The notes below the pieces were generated by a model. That model did not search any database. It had not been told where the DNA came from and saw only the letters and a list, made by a program, of their open reading frames with translations. Below, piece after piece: positions 10,954 through 23,022 of a stretch of 64,000 nucleotides of DNA; the first letter of the stretch is position 1, and every line of letters starts with the position of its first letter. The stretch lies in assembly GCA_964106915.2 (NCBI GenBank), contig OZ066925.1; one strand, 5' to 3'. Source of the DNA: Podarcis gaigeae (lineage: Eukaryota). The position numbers and the translations under genes are program-made.

Positions 10954-11682
10954 GCCTATTTGGTCACAGTCTCTCTCTCCCCCCCACCTTGGGTTATTCC
11001 TCTCTCCCTGTGTGTGCATCAGCAGGGCAGGTAGAAATTCAACGGTTCAGGCCCATAGTCAAAACTATGAAGGTTAAGAGACTTTAAAGTTATATGTGTG
11101 TGTCTGGGGGGGGAGGGGAGTTGTTTACTGCAAGTTGACATATAGGTGACTTGCCTACCTGCTAAATATGTCTTCCCTGATTTAAGCTTGGGGGGGGGGA
11201 ATCATTGAAGGGGGATGCTATATTCTGAAGAGAGTACTCCCACAGCATCTCCCCTTATGGCTGTTTGCTTAATGTACTGTCTTTCATTCATAGTTTCCAA
11301 CAAAATCATAATCAAATCATAAAACAGATAGGCAACAGCAGGTGCAACTATCCCCAGGATAGAGATGCTATGATGTGAACGGTGGGTGACAGAATTTCAG
11401 GCTGTCATGCAGGTGCAAAAGACATTGGAACCCTACTTGGAAAAAGTGGTAACCCTGTCCTCTCTCCAGTTTTCTAAAATTTTATCAAGTATTTGCTCTT
11501 TTAAGTCATTAATCAAACAAGTGAACACATTCTACATCAGGAAAAGTTTCTCCTACCTTCCTTAGTTTTTGTAATATTGGGAGGATATTACGTAATCACA
11601 ATATTTATCCATGCTAAGTCAAGTGTTACCATACTGCATATTAAACCATTGGCCTACGAAAAGACTTGGACATATTCATATA

Positions 11683-11914
11683 CAGTGGTACCTCGGGTTA
11701 CAGATGCTTCAGATTACAGATGCTTCAGGTTACAGACTCTGCTAACCCAAGAAATAGTACCTTGGGCTAAGAACTTTGCTTCAGGATGAGAACAGAAATA
11801 GTGCGGCGCCTGCGGGAGGCTCCATTAGCTAAAGTGGTACCTCAGGTTAAGAACAGTTTCAGGTTAAGAATGGACCTCCAGAACGAATTAAGTTCTTAAC
11901 CCGAGGTACCACTG
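11683..11914 (+). mobile_element. Tc1/mariner (pogo/Tigger-like) MITE, copy 1
   Basis: Terminal inverted repeat (TIR) cagtggtacctcgggtta / taacccgaggtaccactg; TA duplication. Confidence 0.9.
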
Positions 11915-12421
11915 TACAGTATATCCAACATTTTCGTTTTGTAATACATGTTTTGAGGATACCTAATGTATTTATTTGTGGCATTCCACCATTTCTTTAC
12001 TTTCCCTACATTTTGTAGCTATTCAATGATAGTGAACATATTTCAGAAGCACTTGTAAGATCCATTTCTTTAGTAGTATGTCTTTCTCACCCAATTTGTT
12101 TATTCCTAATTCTATGTGATTTCACTGTGTATGACAGAACCTGGAACTTCAAATTTACTTTATTTTTCATTTTACTTCCCAGATCCATTTTCTTTTTGTC
12201 TTGTAGTATTGTGACAGCCAATCTTATACATGTTTACTTGGAACTAAGTCCTGCTGATTCAATGGAGCTCACACATAAGTGAATGTTTATAAATTTGCAG
12301 ACATAGTTTTATGGAATTAGAAATGCTGCAACGTTTCTTTGTTGGCCTCTCAATATCTCAAAGTTCTTCAGTTATTTACTATGCTGTGTTCAAAAAGATG
12401 TAACAGGCGACAGGTTAAGTA

Positions 12422-12951
12422 CCATATTTTTCGCTCTATAGGACGCACTTTTTTCCCTCCAAAAATTAAGGGGAAATGTGTGTGCATCCTATGGAGCGAA
12501 TGCAGGCTCCTTGGCTTCAGCGATAGCAACGCGAAGCCTCCAAAGTGTAGAGGGAGCACTCCCTCCACGCTCTGGAGGCTTCGTGTTGCTTTCGCTGAAG
12601 CCTGGAGACCGAGAGGGGTGGGTGTGCACCGACCCTTCTTGCCCTCCAGGCTTCAGGAATAGCCGCCTGAAGCCTGCGGAGCGCAGCGCAAGTTCCCACT
12701 GCGCTCTGCAGGCTTCAGGTTCCTTTCGCTGAAGCCGGGAGAGCAAGACTCTCCTGGCTTCAGTAGAGAGGGAGAGCTGCGCAGCGCCCCTTCAGCCAAG
12801 CGGGAGGAGAAATGGAAGGGGCTCCATTTCTCCAGCTGCTTGGCTGAAGGGGCGCTGAGCAGAGAGGGAGAGAATGCTTTTTTCTTGTTCTCCCCCTCTA
12901 AAACAAGGTGCGTCCTATGGTCAGGTGCGTCCTATAGAGCGAAAAATACGG
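12422..12951. mobile_element. Tc1/mariner-superfamily non-autonomous DNA transposon
   Basis: TIR ccatatttttcgctctataggacgcac / gtgcgtcctatagagcgaaaaatacgg; TA on both sides; GC-rich interior of cttcagc/gctgaag subrepeats. Confidence 0.9.
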
Positions 12952-13884
12952 TAATAAATTTTGAAGTGAGGCAGTAGCACTGGATTACAGAAGTCTCTTC
13001 CTGTCCAAAATCGCTTCCGGACAACCTTTTTATTGAGCGTACTTTGTGAACTGTTCATGGGATGTTAGATGGCATTGCCTCGGGCAAGTGGCATTCCACA
13101 CTTTCCAGGACATTTTTATATCACTTTTATAGCAAAACCTGATATTTTGGAGAAAGGAGGGTTGTTGTGCAAGTCCTTCAACTGCACTTAAATTGCACAA
13201 CCTGGATTTTCCAGTATGTGCGTGAATCCCACCTAAATATAGTGAAAGTCTGAAAGTGCCCCAAATCTCTTGATACTGGATTAAATATATCACCAGCTTG
13301 ATATACCTTGCTTATTTTACCATATGAAACCATATGACAGGAAAACATATATGTATTATTTACCATCTTCTATAGTTGCTTTTTGGACCTCTAATGCAGT
13401 GCACGCATCTGTGGATCTTGTACCTGTAGTTATTTTATGGAGAGGGACCTGATTGCACCTGATTTGCAAGTGAAAGGTCTGGGATTTATTCCTGGTTATC
13501 TCCACTTCAAAGGCTCTTGGGCCACAGGTGATGGGAAACACTTTTTTCTGAGACCCTGGAGAGCTGCTGTCAGTCTGAAGATAATCCTTGGTTAGATGTT
13601 ATAAGGCAGATTTCTGTGTTTCTGTAAATTATAAAAATAATTGTTTTGTGCATGGAATTAGAATGGCTAACAAACATACATAGAAAATTAATCTGTCTTT
13701 ATGACTGAGAGCTGTGTGGCAACCATAAGTCAGAATGAGGTGTTCCGTGTGCCTGAGTCTAAAGACTGGCAGCGAGAAAGCAAAATAAAAGAGAGATGTT
13801 GTATTATGGTAGCATTATGATTGTTATGTGCTAGGTACTGACATAGGCTGTGACTGTGAGTCCAGTGAATTTCATTATCTTTCA

Positions 13885-13969
13885 GTGTGATAGTCCTGTC
13901 TTCTTTTGAAGTACTATTAGACTACTGAAACCACAGACTAAATAGGCAAATCGACATAATTTGACTCAA
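13885..13969 (+). other. Candidate non-coding (5' UTR or lncRNA) exon
   Basis: Acceptor tcattatctttcag, donor CAA|gtaagt; single-copy-looking context. Confidence 0.3.
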
Positions 13970-14449
13970 GTAAGTGGTTCCTTTCTTTGAGCCCAGCGGG
14001 AAGCAGAATGGTTATTTCCCCGCCATATTTATCCTTGCAAAGCTGAATCTGTTGTAAATTGGGCTGAGGAAATGAGGCAGTACTATTTATTCTGGTCTTA
14101 GAGGGCCATTAGCTAAATTTCTGCTGAATGCAGAAAAATTATGAGGGCAGTGGTGATGCTTTGGTTCCAAGGTCATTTATGGTGAAATGAAATGTGTCAC
14201 TGAACTCATCTTTTGTTTTACCTTGTTCCAAAATGATGATTCAATAAGTGCAACTTGTTGCAGCAAATATTGAAAGTAATCAAATATAAGTAGAATAAAA
14301 ATAAAATAATGTAAACAAAGGTGGGAGCTGCTCTGTAAAATACTGTTATGCACATCCCAGCTTATTTAGGTGCAATGCTCCAGAATTCAGTTTCCTTTGG
14401 AGACATATACAGTAGCATCATTTGCTTTATTTACAAATAAGTAAGGCAG

Positions 14450-14805
14450 ACGTTTACTTTCCCACTGGAGCACAGTACCTATTTATCTACTTGCACTTTC
14501 GAACTGCTTAGGTTGGCAGGAGCTGGGACCAAGCAATGGGAGCTCAACTGCTGACCTTCTGATCAGCAATCCCAAGAGGCTCAGTGGTTTAGACCACAGT
14601 GCCACCCGCGTCCTGTTTCTGTGTGCTTCTCTGGTTTTGGTGTACTGTTGTGCCAGAAGCGGCTTAGTCATGCTGGCCACATGCTCCGGAAAAACGGTCT
14701 CCGGACAAATGCTAGCTCCCTTAGCCTGTAAAGCGGGATGAGTGCCGCAACCCCAGAGTCATCTGCGACTGGACTTAACTGTCAGGGGTCTTTTGCCTTT
14801 ACCTT
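14450..14805 (+). mobile_element. Sauria SINE with inverted 5' half
   Basis: 14450-14613 is the SINE 5' half in reverse; 14615-14805 is the 3' half forward ending cctttacctt; TSD taaggcag on both sides. Confidence 0.88.
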
Positions 14806-14894
14806 TTAAGGCAGTCATATTGGAGGTTAAGGACTCCTGTTGCAGGGAATACAATTTCTAATCCTGCATGAAGTTCCCTAGGGATTCACTACTT

Positions 14895-15029
14895 CAGGCT
14901 TCCTCAACCTCGGCCTTCCAGATGTTTGAGACTACAATTCCCATCATCGCTGACCACTGGTCCTGCTAGCTAGGGATCATGGGAGTTGTAGGCCAAAAAC
15001 ATCTAGCGGGCCGAGGTTGAGGAAGCCTG
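14895..15029. mobile_element. hAT-type palindromic MITE
   Basis: TIR caggcttcctcaacctcggcc / ggccgaggttgaggaagcctg; TSD cactactt / tactacat (6/8). Confidence 0.85.
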
Positions 15030-15441
15030 TACTACATCCTCAGTTTTGGTCAACTCCAACTGAAAACATACAACTACTATATATCCAAATTAAGATTTGC
15101 TACAAACTGTTTCTTGGTCCTTCCTATTAGTTTAGGGGTGTTTCCTTCAAAAAAACTTCAAAAGGTTAGGTACTAGGTAGCCAAAATTTAATCTGTACTT
15201 CAGGTTGCATTAGACCACAAACCATGCATAAAAAACCATACCATAGAATAGTTAGGTTGTTTACAATTCAGTGCCAAGATTTGTGGTGCTCGAATATATG
15301 GTTATGATGGTACTAACAATGTGCCATAAAACTGTAAAGTTCCAGTGTTGAGCAGTACAAATTTAAGTCTGAGTGGATACCATTGTAATGTATCATGGTA
15401 TTTGACGAATGATTGTTGCAGAGACCTCAGTGACTTTTTCC

Positions 15442-16047
15442 CATAGCTGTCAACTTACAGATTTGAAAATAAGGGACCAGCAGCCTTGAAAATAAGGGAC
15501 CAGCAGCCAAAATAAGGGACCTGCAGCCTCACCTGTTCCAGGCACTCCAGCCTTCCTATCCTCCTGCAGTCTGTTCAAATTCATGCTGGTAGCTTCGAGA
15601 ACACTGTCCAACCAACTTTGTAACCAGGGGTTCAACTGAATAGAATCTGAATCACATGCACCACAAGGCCTATGCAGCCTCAACTTAAGATGGCTCCCCG
15701 GCCTGGCTTTGCACTGCAAAGTTTGCAGCAGCACGTGCAACAAAATGGCGTTCGGCATTCAAAAACCCCCTCAGCTTGCATTAACTAGCCACACACAAGG
15801 CATTCAAGCTCCACCCCCCAGTCATTCTTAGACTTCTTATTGGGTGAGCAACACAGCCAAGCAACACAGTTGGAGCCTCCCTCCTCCCTGGCCGGCAGGG
15901 AGGGAGGGAGAGGAGCTGCTTCCTTTGAAATTTAAGGGACATCATTTAAGGGACATTTAAGGGACATCCATCAATAAGGGACAGCAGCGGGACATGGTGC
16001 TGGAATAAGGGACTGTTCCTTCAAATAAGGGACACCTGACAGCTATG
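15442..16047. mobile_element. hAT-type non-autonomous element with AAGGGAC subterminal repeats, containing a Bov-B fragment
   Basis: TIR catagctgtca / tgacagctatg; flanks ctttttcc / ctttcccc; multiple (AAT/TTT)AAGGGAC repeats at both ends. Confidence 0.8.
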
Positions 16048-17683
16048 CTTTCCCCCACTTCTAACGTTCTTATGAATAGTAGATTTTCACTGATAGGGTA
16101 ATAGTGATTTAGACTGTTAGGCTTTTTGTTGCTATTGAACAATGTGAAAAGAGTTAGTGCTCATAAATGGTTTCGAATTCTGAACTTTATCCTTATAAAT
16201 AACCCCTGGATAAGTGTTTTATACTGTATATAACAAATTTCAAGGTTTGTAGCAACTGAGATACAGCTGAGGCTTGTTTTCTATGCTTTAGCAAAGCATT
16301 AAGTAATTTCCATTCCAAGAAGTGGAACAGTTTTATAGTAATCCTTTTAATATATGCACTCTGAAAAACATATCTGTGATCCTCCAATGCTGTAGCACTG
16401 AAGAATGAAATCGCCTTCTTTTTCTACTTCTTTTCTTTTTCTTATTTGTCCCCCCCCCCCAAAAAAAATTAAAATAAAATTGGAGAAAGCAGAAGTTTCT
16501 CAATAGGGGAAAAATATTTTCACTTGCTTAGTTCATGACTACAAAAGTACATGAATATTATAAGTGGTTAGTGGTAGAAGACTTTTGCAGAAATATATAC
16601 TTTTTATACATTTCTTTGTATTTGCACCAGGGAAATCTTCTGGTCCTCATGGAATAGCAAGAGTTAAGTACAACGGTCTTGAATGAAATAATTCTAGAAC
16701 TTTCTGGACAGTCGCTCGTGTCATGTGTTGTCAGGAATACTTAAGATGATATGATTCAGTGTCTTTCCACCATGCACAATCTGCTGCATTAAATAGTTGA
16801 AGCTAGCACGTTTCAGTGCATGATCTCAGTTTATCCCTCTTGTTCCAGTCACATGCTCACAAATAGCACCTGATCATACTAGGATATCAGCTTCCTGTGA
16901 AAACCATGATACATGTGCAATATATTTGGACTAGGAAAACTGAATGGGCAAGAAAAGCAATCTGAATGAATCCAAAAGTTGTATTTAAATGATACAGAAA
17001 TGTATGTCAAAAATCTTCAAATTCATTTTCTGGAAATGTGTATTCCCATGAGGATGCTGCTGGCCATAATTTGTCTTCCTTTTTCACAGCTCTTTTCCGT
17101 GTTTCATATACCCAAGTGTTAGGTTTGGTGTGATTACATTGCAAACATGTTAGGCTTGAGTACAGGCATGAGGTAGTTGTCTTCAATATTTTGAATAGAT
17201 GGAAGAATTGCTTAAAAACTGGTATTTACTAGTGACCCCACAACATTTCAATAGTATTGTTTTTGGTTTTCTTGGACCATTAACGTATTTTTAAAAATAT
17301 ATTTTCAAAAGCCCTCTTACAACATTGCCTTGTATTGGATATTATGACATTTTCTTTCTTCTTTAGTGTATAATAGAAAGAAAATCTCATAACAGCTTGC
17401 TAGATTGCCATCATTCCCAGGAGCTGAAGTGCGTAATGGGTGTAATGAAGAGCATCAACAATATAACATTCCCACCCCTCAATTGACACTTGACAATTTT
17501 GTAACCTGATTCACCTGCACTCTCTAAGCATTCAGATTTCTTTGTAATTGTCTGCAGAGCTGAAGCTTTTTATAATGTATTACTGGATCTTGGGAGATTC
17601 TTTGAAATAAATAAGAATGAAAGCACCATTAAAGTTCAAAAAGATCAGGATAAAAACAATAACCCTCTATTAAGTTCACAGTA

Positions 17684-17912
17684 CAGTGGTTCCTCGGGTT
17701 ACATACGCTTCAGGTTACATACGCTTCAGGTTACAGACTCCGCTAACCCAGAAAATAGTACCTTGGATTAAGAATTTTGCTTTAGGATGAGAACAGAAAT
17801 CGTGCGGCAGCAGCGGGAGGCCCCATTAGCTAAAGTGGTGCCACAGGTTAAGAACAGTTTCAGGTTAAGAACGGACCTCCGAAATGAATTAAGTAAACCC
17901 GAGGTACCACTG
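17684..17912 (+). mobile_element. Tc1/mariner (Tigger-like) MITE, copy 2
   Basis: Same TIR and interior as 11683; TA flanks. Confidence 0.9.
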
Positions 17913-18496
17913 TACCTGATTTTTTTGAAAGTGAATTTCCCATGCGCTGAAATTTTAAAATCAAGATATTAATGTATGTGCTGGTTTTGCACTGCATGCT
18001 TGCCATCCAAAGCTGGTAGCCACTGGTAGGGCGTACCCAGAAGTTCATTACTTTAACCTTCTGTTCTTGAATGAAGCTGCCCTTGATTTCTTAATTTTAC
18101 AACATATTTACAGAACAATGCCTCGACTCCTGGACAGGAAGCTGACTCAGAAATGTCCTGTGTCATCTGTGTTTGGCCTAGGGTGCCATGTATCCTACTT
18201 TACAGAGGGCAGTTCTTTCTTTTAAGGAGTCTTCCAGCTGAAGGGCTGCCCTGTGCAAGTCTACTTAATGAAGAACTACATTCCTGGACTCCACATGTAT
18301 ATGTGAAATCATGTAAACTGGGGAGGCACTGTTGAGAGTGGCCGGGAAACAGCTCTCCCTTGGCAGATCCCATCCATCCCACCTGCCTTCCCCATGCATG
18401 TGCACACCCTGCCTGTTTCTGGTGACTGGAAAGTTAATCTTCCGTTCATTAGTGCAATACATTTTATTTCTATTTAAATGATAGTAATTCTTTCTA

Positions 18497-18840
18497 GGGA
18501 CACGGGTGGCGCCATGGGTTAAACCACAGAGCCTAGGACTTGCCGATCAGAAGGTCGGTGGTTTGAATCCCCGTGACGGGGTGAGCTCCCGTTGCTCGGT
18601 CCCAGGTCCTGCCAACCTAGCAGTTCGAAACCACGTCAAAGTGCAAGTATATAAATAGGTACCGCTCCGGCGGGAAGATAAACGGTGTTTCTGGTTCGCC
18701 AGAAGCGGCTTAGTCATGCTGGCCACATGACCCGGAAGCTGTATGCCAGCTCCCTCGGCCAATAAAGCGAGATGAGTGCTGCAACCCCAAAGTCGGCCAC
18801 GACTGGACGTAATGGTCGGGGTCCCTTTACCTTTACCTTT
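18497..18840 (+). mobile_element. Full-length Sauria SINE
   Basis: gggacacgggtggcgc head, conserved body, ccctttacctttaccttt tail; TSD aattctttcta. Confidence 0.95.
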
Positions 18841-18865
18841 AATTCTTTCTAAATTTGCATCTATA

Positions 18866-19090
18866 CAGTGGTACTTTGGGTTAAGAACTTAATTCGTTCT
18901 GGAGGTCTGTTGTTAACCTGAAACTGTTCTTAACCTGAGGTACCACTTTAGCTAATGGGGCCTCCTGCTGCCGCTGCGCCACTGCTGCACAATTTCTGTT
19001 CTCATCCTGAAGCAAAGTTCTTAATCCAAGGAACTATTTCTGGGTTAGCGGAGTCTGTAACCTGAAGCGTATGTAACCGAGGTACCACTG
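18866..19090 (-). mobile_element. Tc1/mariner (Tigger-like) MITE, copy 3
   Basis: Reverse complement of the 11683 element; TA flanks. Confidence 0.9.
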
Positions 19091-21661
19091 TACTTAAAAA
19101 TCAAATTTTATGCAGAAGTGTGTCCTCTTTTGGGGGGATGATTGCTTGAGTTTGGCAGGGCAGGTAGTGGGTTAGATCTGTGATGCCTCTCACTCAGGAC
19201 TGAATGGAGGTGAGGCAAGAATTTGAAGCAGAAGTCCATGGCTATGTGAGCATCCCTGCTTGAATTCTTATGACCAGAATCAAGATGGGCATAGTCTGCT
19301 GTGAACAGACCCCACATCTTGATCCTGCTCACCCCTCCAGATACTTGACTTTTCCACTTCTTCCAAGGCAAAAAACAAAACAAAAAACCCCAATCTCACT
19401 TTGGGGAAAGTGTTGGGAGTTGGCAGGTGTGCCAGATCTATAAAAGTTTGCTCCCCCTCATTAGAGGCCAATGGTGTATCAATTTCCACAAGTAATCCTG
19501 AGACTTGTCCTAGGTCCCCAGTGGGGAAGACTTTGCTCTGCACATCAGTGATAGCATATGCTGCCAATTCACCTTCAGTCTTAGAGGATTGGGTGGCAGT
19601 TTCCACTCTATGGGGCTTGTTTAATGTTCCCGTCAAACACTTGAAAAGCCCTTCCAGGCTCTGAAGTGCAGACAGGCTATTTTGGAGCAGTTGGGAGGAC
19701 TGCAATCACCCAGCCCTATCCTTGATCCCTACTACCAGGAGATATTCTCAGAGATTACTATTAAATGTTTCATGGCTGCTTTCTTTGTGTTCAATGGTTG
19801 AGGGAGTGAAAGTGTCCTGGATTTCAGTGGTCTAGGATACATACTGGGCCATGTGACTTATTGAGCATTCATCCTTATATATTTCCATATAGCCTTATAC
19901 AGAAGGTAGACTATATCTGGTATTTATTGAGCATTTGTTCTGATTTGTTTGCGATGCAGATATGCAACAAATTACGTTCTCTTGCATTCATCCTGATTTG
20001 CTTGTGTGGTGTTTATACATCTTCCCATTAATTATTTGTTCATTACACTTTTCCGTGCATTTCCTTGACACTTTCTGACCTGCAAAACATCAATTAGTTC
20101 TTTTAAAAGCAGATCTGTTGTGCTGGGACGACAAAACTCTTTAATGATGTGAACTTAAAGTTCTGGTTCATGTTTGAATCACTCTCATGAAATACTGACT
20201 ATCTGGAGGCACCCACAGTCATAATCCCCCTTCCCCCCCAAGAAATGATTTCCAAGTGGCATTGCAAGACTATTTTAAACTCTTGAAAAAAGTGATCTGC
20301 TTTTCAAGCCTTCGGTGACACCCTCAATTTGAATCTAAATTGTGGTTTGAGCAGAGGGGAGTTTACGTGCTCCCCCCTTTGAATAAGAAAATGCTGTTCA
20401 TCTACAGCAGAAAGTTCCACCAGTTGACAGAGTCAGCCCAAGGCATTTTGACACCTAAGGTGAACCACAAAATATCAACCCCCCCTCCTGGGAAGAAGGA
20501 GTGAGTGCAGATTTACACCAGGAATCAATGGCCATTTCTTGGGGTGGAGGAAGACCCCAGAGGTCACCCCCAGGCATTTCCTCCCCAGGTAAGGGAGGAG
20601 ATCAGCCCCACCTCCTATTCACAAAGAAGTTGCTGTAGAGGTTGCATTGGGTAGGATGGGGGGGCTACAGAGTAGGTGGCAGATCCGCCCTCCGAGGAGC
20701 ATGCTGCAGCTTTTCCTGCCATCACTGTGGCACCAGTGGGCAATGCATTCCTTGGAGGCAGGATCTGCTGCCCCGGTGGATCTTGAGGACCGAAGCGGTC
20801 ATCTCACCTTGCCTCATGCTTGAGCTGGCCCTGCCAGCTGAACAGGAGCAAGAGGTTTGACTGTTTGTTGCTGGCACACAGAACACCCTTATGACTGATT
20901 CTTTTACAGAGTTAGGTGTGTCTAAGTCCACTGATTTTAGTTGGCATATACATACCTCAAACTCTGCATAGGATCAAGATGTTAGTTTATTTTTTCCATT
21001 TTTTCCCATACCACTTGCCCTTTTTCTTTTCTCCCCTTTTTGGGGGTAATTTAATCCTGAGGGCCAGACGTCCAAGCACAAACAAGAAAATGAACTCCAG
21101 CAATAAAACCACTACTTTGTTAAGAGACATTTTGATGATGATAATTTTTTTTTTAAAAAAAAGCTGCAGAAATGCAGCTGACCTCAATGCCATTTTACAT
21201 AGAATTTGAAATGACACATTTATTTTGCACTCTTAATTATAAAGCCCAAGACAGTAGGCTGTGTAATGTGAAAAAGTGCTGTTCTGAAAACAAAAGTCCA
21301 TCGTATTATTTGTGTGTTTATAATTCATTGTTTATTTTATTTAGGATGTAAATATAGCCTTCTCTCCAGTTGGCTGGTTAGCTCTGTACTTTGGTAGAAT
21401 GGTTCAGTGCTATGGGATGTTTTGGGGGACACTAAAGGGTTACTATTCACATTTCCTGTGTAATTCCTTCTGATCTTGCTGAGCTGTAATTATTTTCTTG
21501 AGGTTAAACATTCCCAGGCTCCTATAACCTTCTAGTCTGTTTGCAATGGCCAACTTTGTCCCAGGTGATCATGTGGGCGAACCTCCTGCTTTTAAGGAAA
21601 AGAAAATCTCTTTCCTGTGTAAGATACTTTAACTGTGCCGTCTTTTGCTTTACAATCCCAG

Positions 21662-21689
21662 AAGAAATCCCTTTAAAAACAATAATATG
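21662..21689 (+). other. Candidate 28-nt micro-exon ending in ATG
   Basis: Branch-like tttaac, acceptor tcttttgctttacaatcccag, donor ATG|gtaagg. Confidence 0.35.
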
Positions 21690-22095
21690 GTAAGGAAATT
21701 AGTCTTTTCAAGTCAGGTTTAAGAATCAAATATTCGACCGGTCCTCCGTGTGGGTTTAAAATTTGCTCAATCCTAGATAAATGGCTTTCAGTTTCACATT
21801 AAAGATGAACTTTTGCTAAACACATTTAGAAAAGAGTCTATGGTTCAAAAGGCACATTCTTGACGGCCTCACTTTTGCCAACATATCTGGCAAACCATCT
21901 AAGATTAGCGGTAGATATTATAGCAATCATGGGAATCGCTGCTAAAAAATGCAGTCTTTTGTTGAACTCCCCTCCTTGCTCTGTAACATGTAATTAATGT
22001 GTAATTAAGGAAATGCATAATGTGATTTCATCATGTCATATGTTCGCCGGCCTCATTCCACAGGTGTGCGTGGGAAGAACAGACAATGTGATATA

Positions 22096-22321
22096 CAGTG
22101 GTACCTTGGGTTAAGTACTTAATTCATTCAGGAGGTCCATTCTTAACCTGAAACTGTTCTTAACCTGAAGCACCACTTTAGCTAATGGAGCCTCCTGCTG
22201 CCGCCATGCCGCCGGAGCACAATTTCTGTTCTCATCCTGAAGCAAAGTTCTTAACCCGAGGTACTATTTCTGGGTTAGCGGAGTCTGTAACCTGAAGCGT
22301 ATGTAACCCGAGGTACCACTG
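22096..22321 (-). mobile_element. Tc1/mariner (Tigger-like) MITE, copy 4
   Basis: Same element reversed; TA flanks. Confidence 0.9.
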
Positions 22322-22551
22322 TACTGCTTCTTTACCTTAACAACACATTTTAGGAGGAGAAGGGGGAACCAACAAGCTCACCACTTCCTAGTTCTAGAAT
22401 TCAAAGTAAGGGGCTCCCTAGATTGCAAAACTGTTAGTGGAACTGAATGGAGCTGGGCTTTCATTTCCAGATCTGCGCAGGTTACAAAAACAATATAAAA
22501 AGTTACCATCAGCACCTCTGATTTGTATTTCCATATTCCTGTTCATCTGGT

Positions 22552-22680
22552 GCATCCTTTCAAAACTAGGTGGCCTCCAGATGTTTTGGATTGTAACTCC
22601 CAACATCCATGATCATTGGCCATGTTGGTTGGAAGCTGTAGTCGAAACTATCTAGAGGGCACCTGGTTGGGGAAGGCAGA
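22552..22680. mobile_element. Degenerate hAT palindromic MITE
   Basis: cctccagatgttttggattgtaactccc...gctgtagtcgaaactatctagagggc. Confidence 0.65.
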
Positions 22681-22915
22681 GCAATAGGCTTGGACTGAAA
22701 TTACTGCTTATGGGGTTGACAATCTATGGAAATGAAAAGCGAGGCCTGTCGGTTTTCCCATTAGACTTGATGTAGCTTCTGTTTTATGTAGCACTTATTG
22801 GATGGATAAGGTGCAACATACAGATTGCCTTAGTAATACTGCAATAGCACTGAAATAGTTCTTTTAGAAAGGTGTTTCTTGTGGGAACAGTTTAATCCTG
22901 AATTGCCCTTTCTAG

Positions 22916-23022
22916 GTGAAACCTGTTGCTGACAACTTGTTTGAGATATTTAAGCCAACCTGTTTGCAAACTGAGCCTCTGTCTGAAAGCACCTATGGCG
23001 AGCTCTGTAGGATGCTGTTCCG
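22916..23022 (+). other. Candidate exon, open in phase 0 (VKPVADNLFEIFKPTCLQTEPLSESTYGELCRMLF)
   Basis: Acceptor ttgccctttctag, weak donor CG|gtaaaa; peptide not recognised. Confidence 0.25.

Noticed and set aside
12422-12951. Second CpG island / promoter
   Set aside because: The CpG richness is confined to a TIR-bounded young transposon
15464-16035. CRISPR-like or iteron-like AATAAGGGAC repeats
   Set aside because: Eukaryotic context with irregular spacing; these are subterminal repeats of a TIR element
19280-19705. 141-aa minus-strand ORF with a GTGAGA donor near 19400
   Set aside because: No good acceptor and no recognisable homology; cannot be supported as an exon
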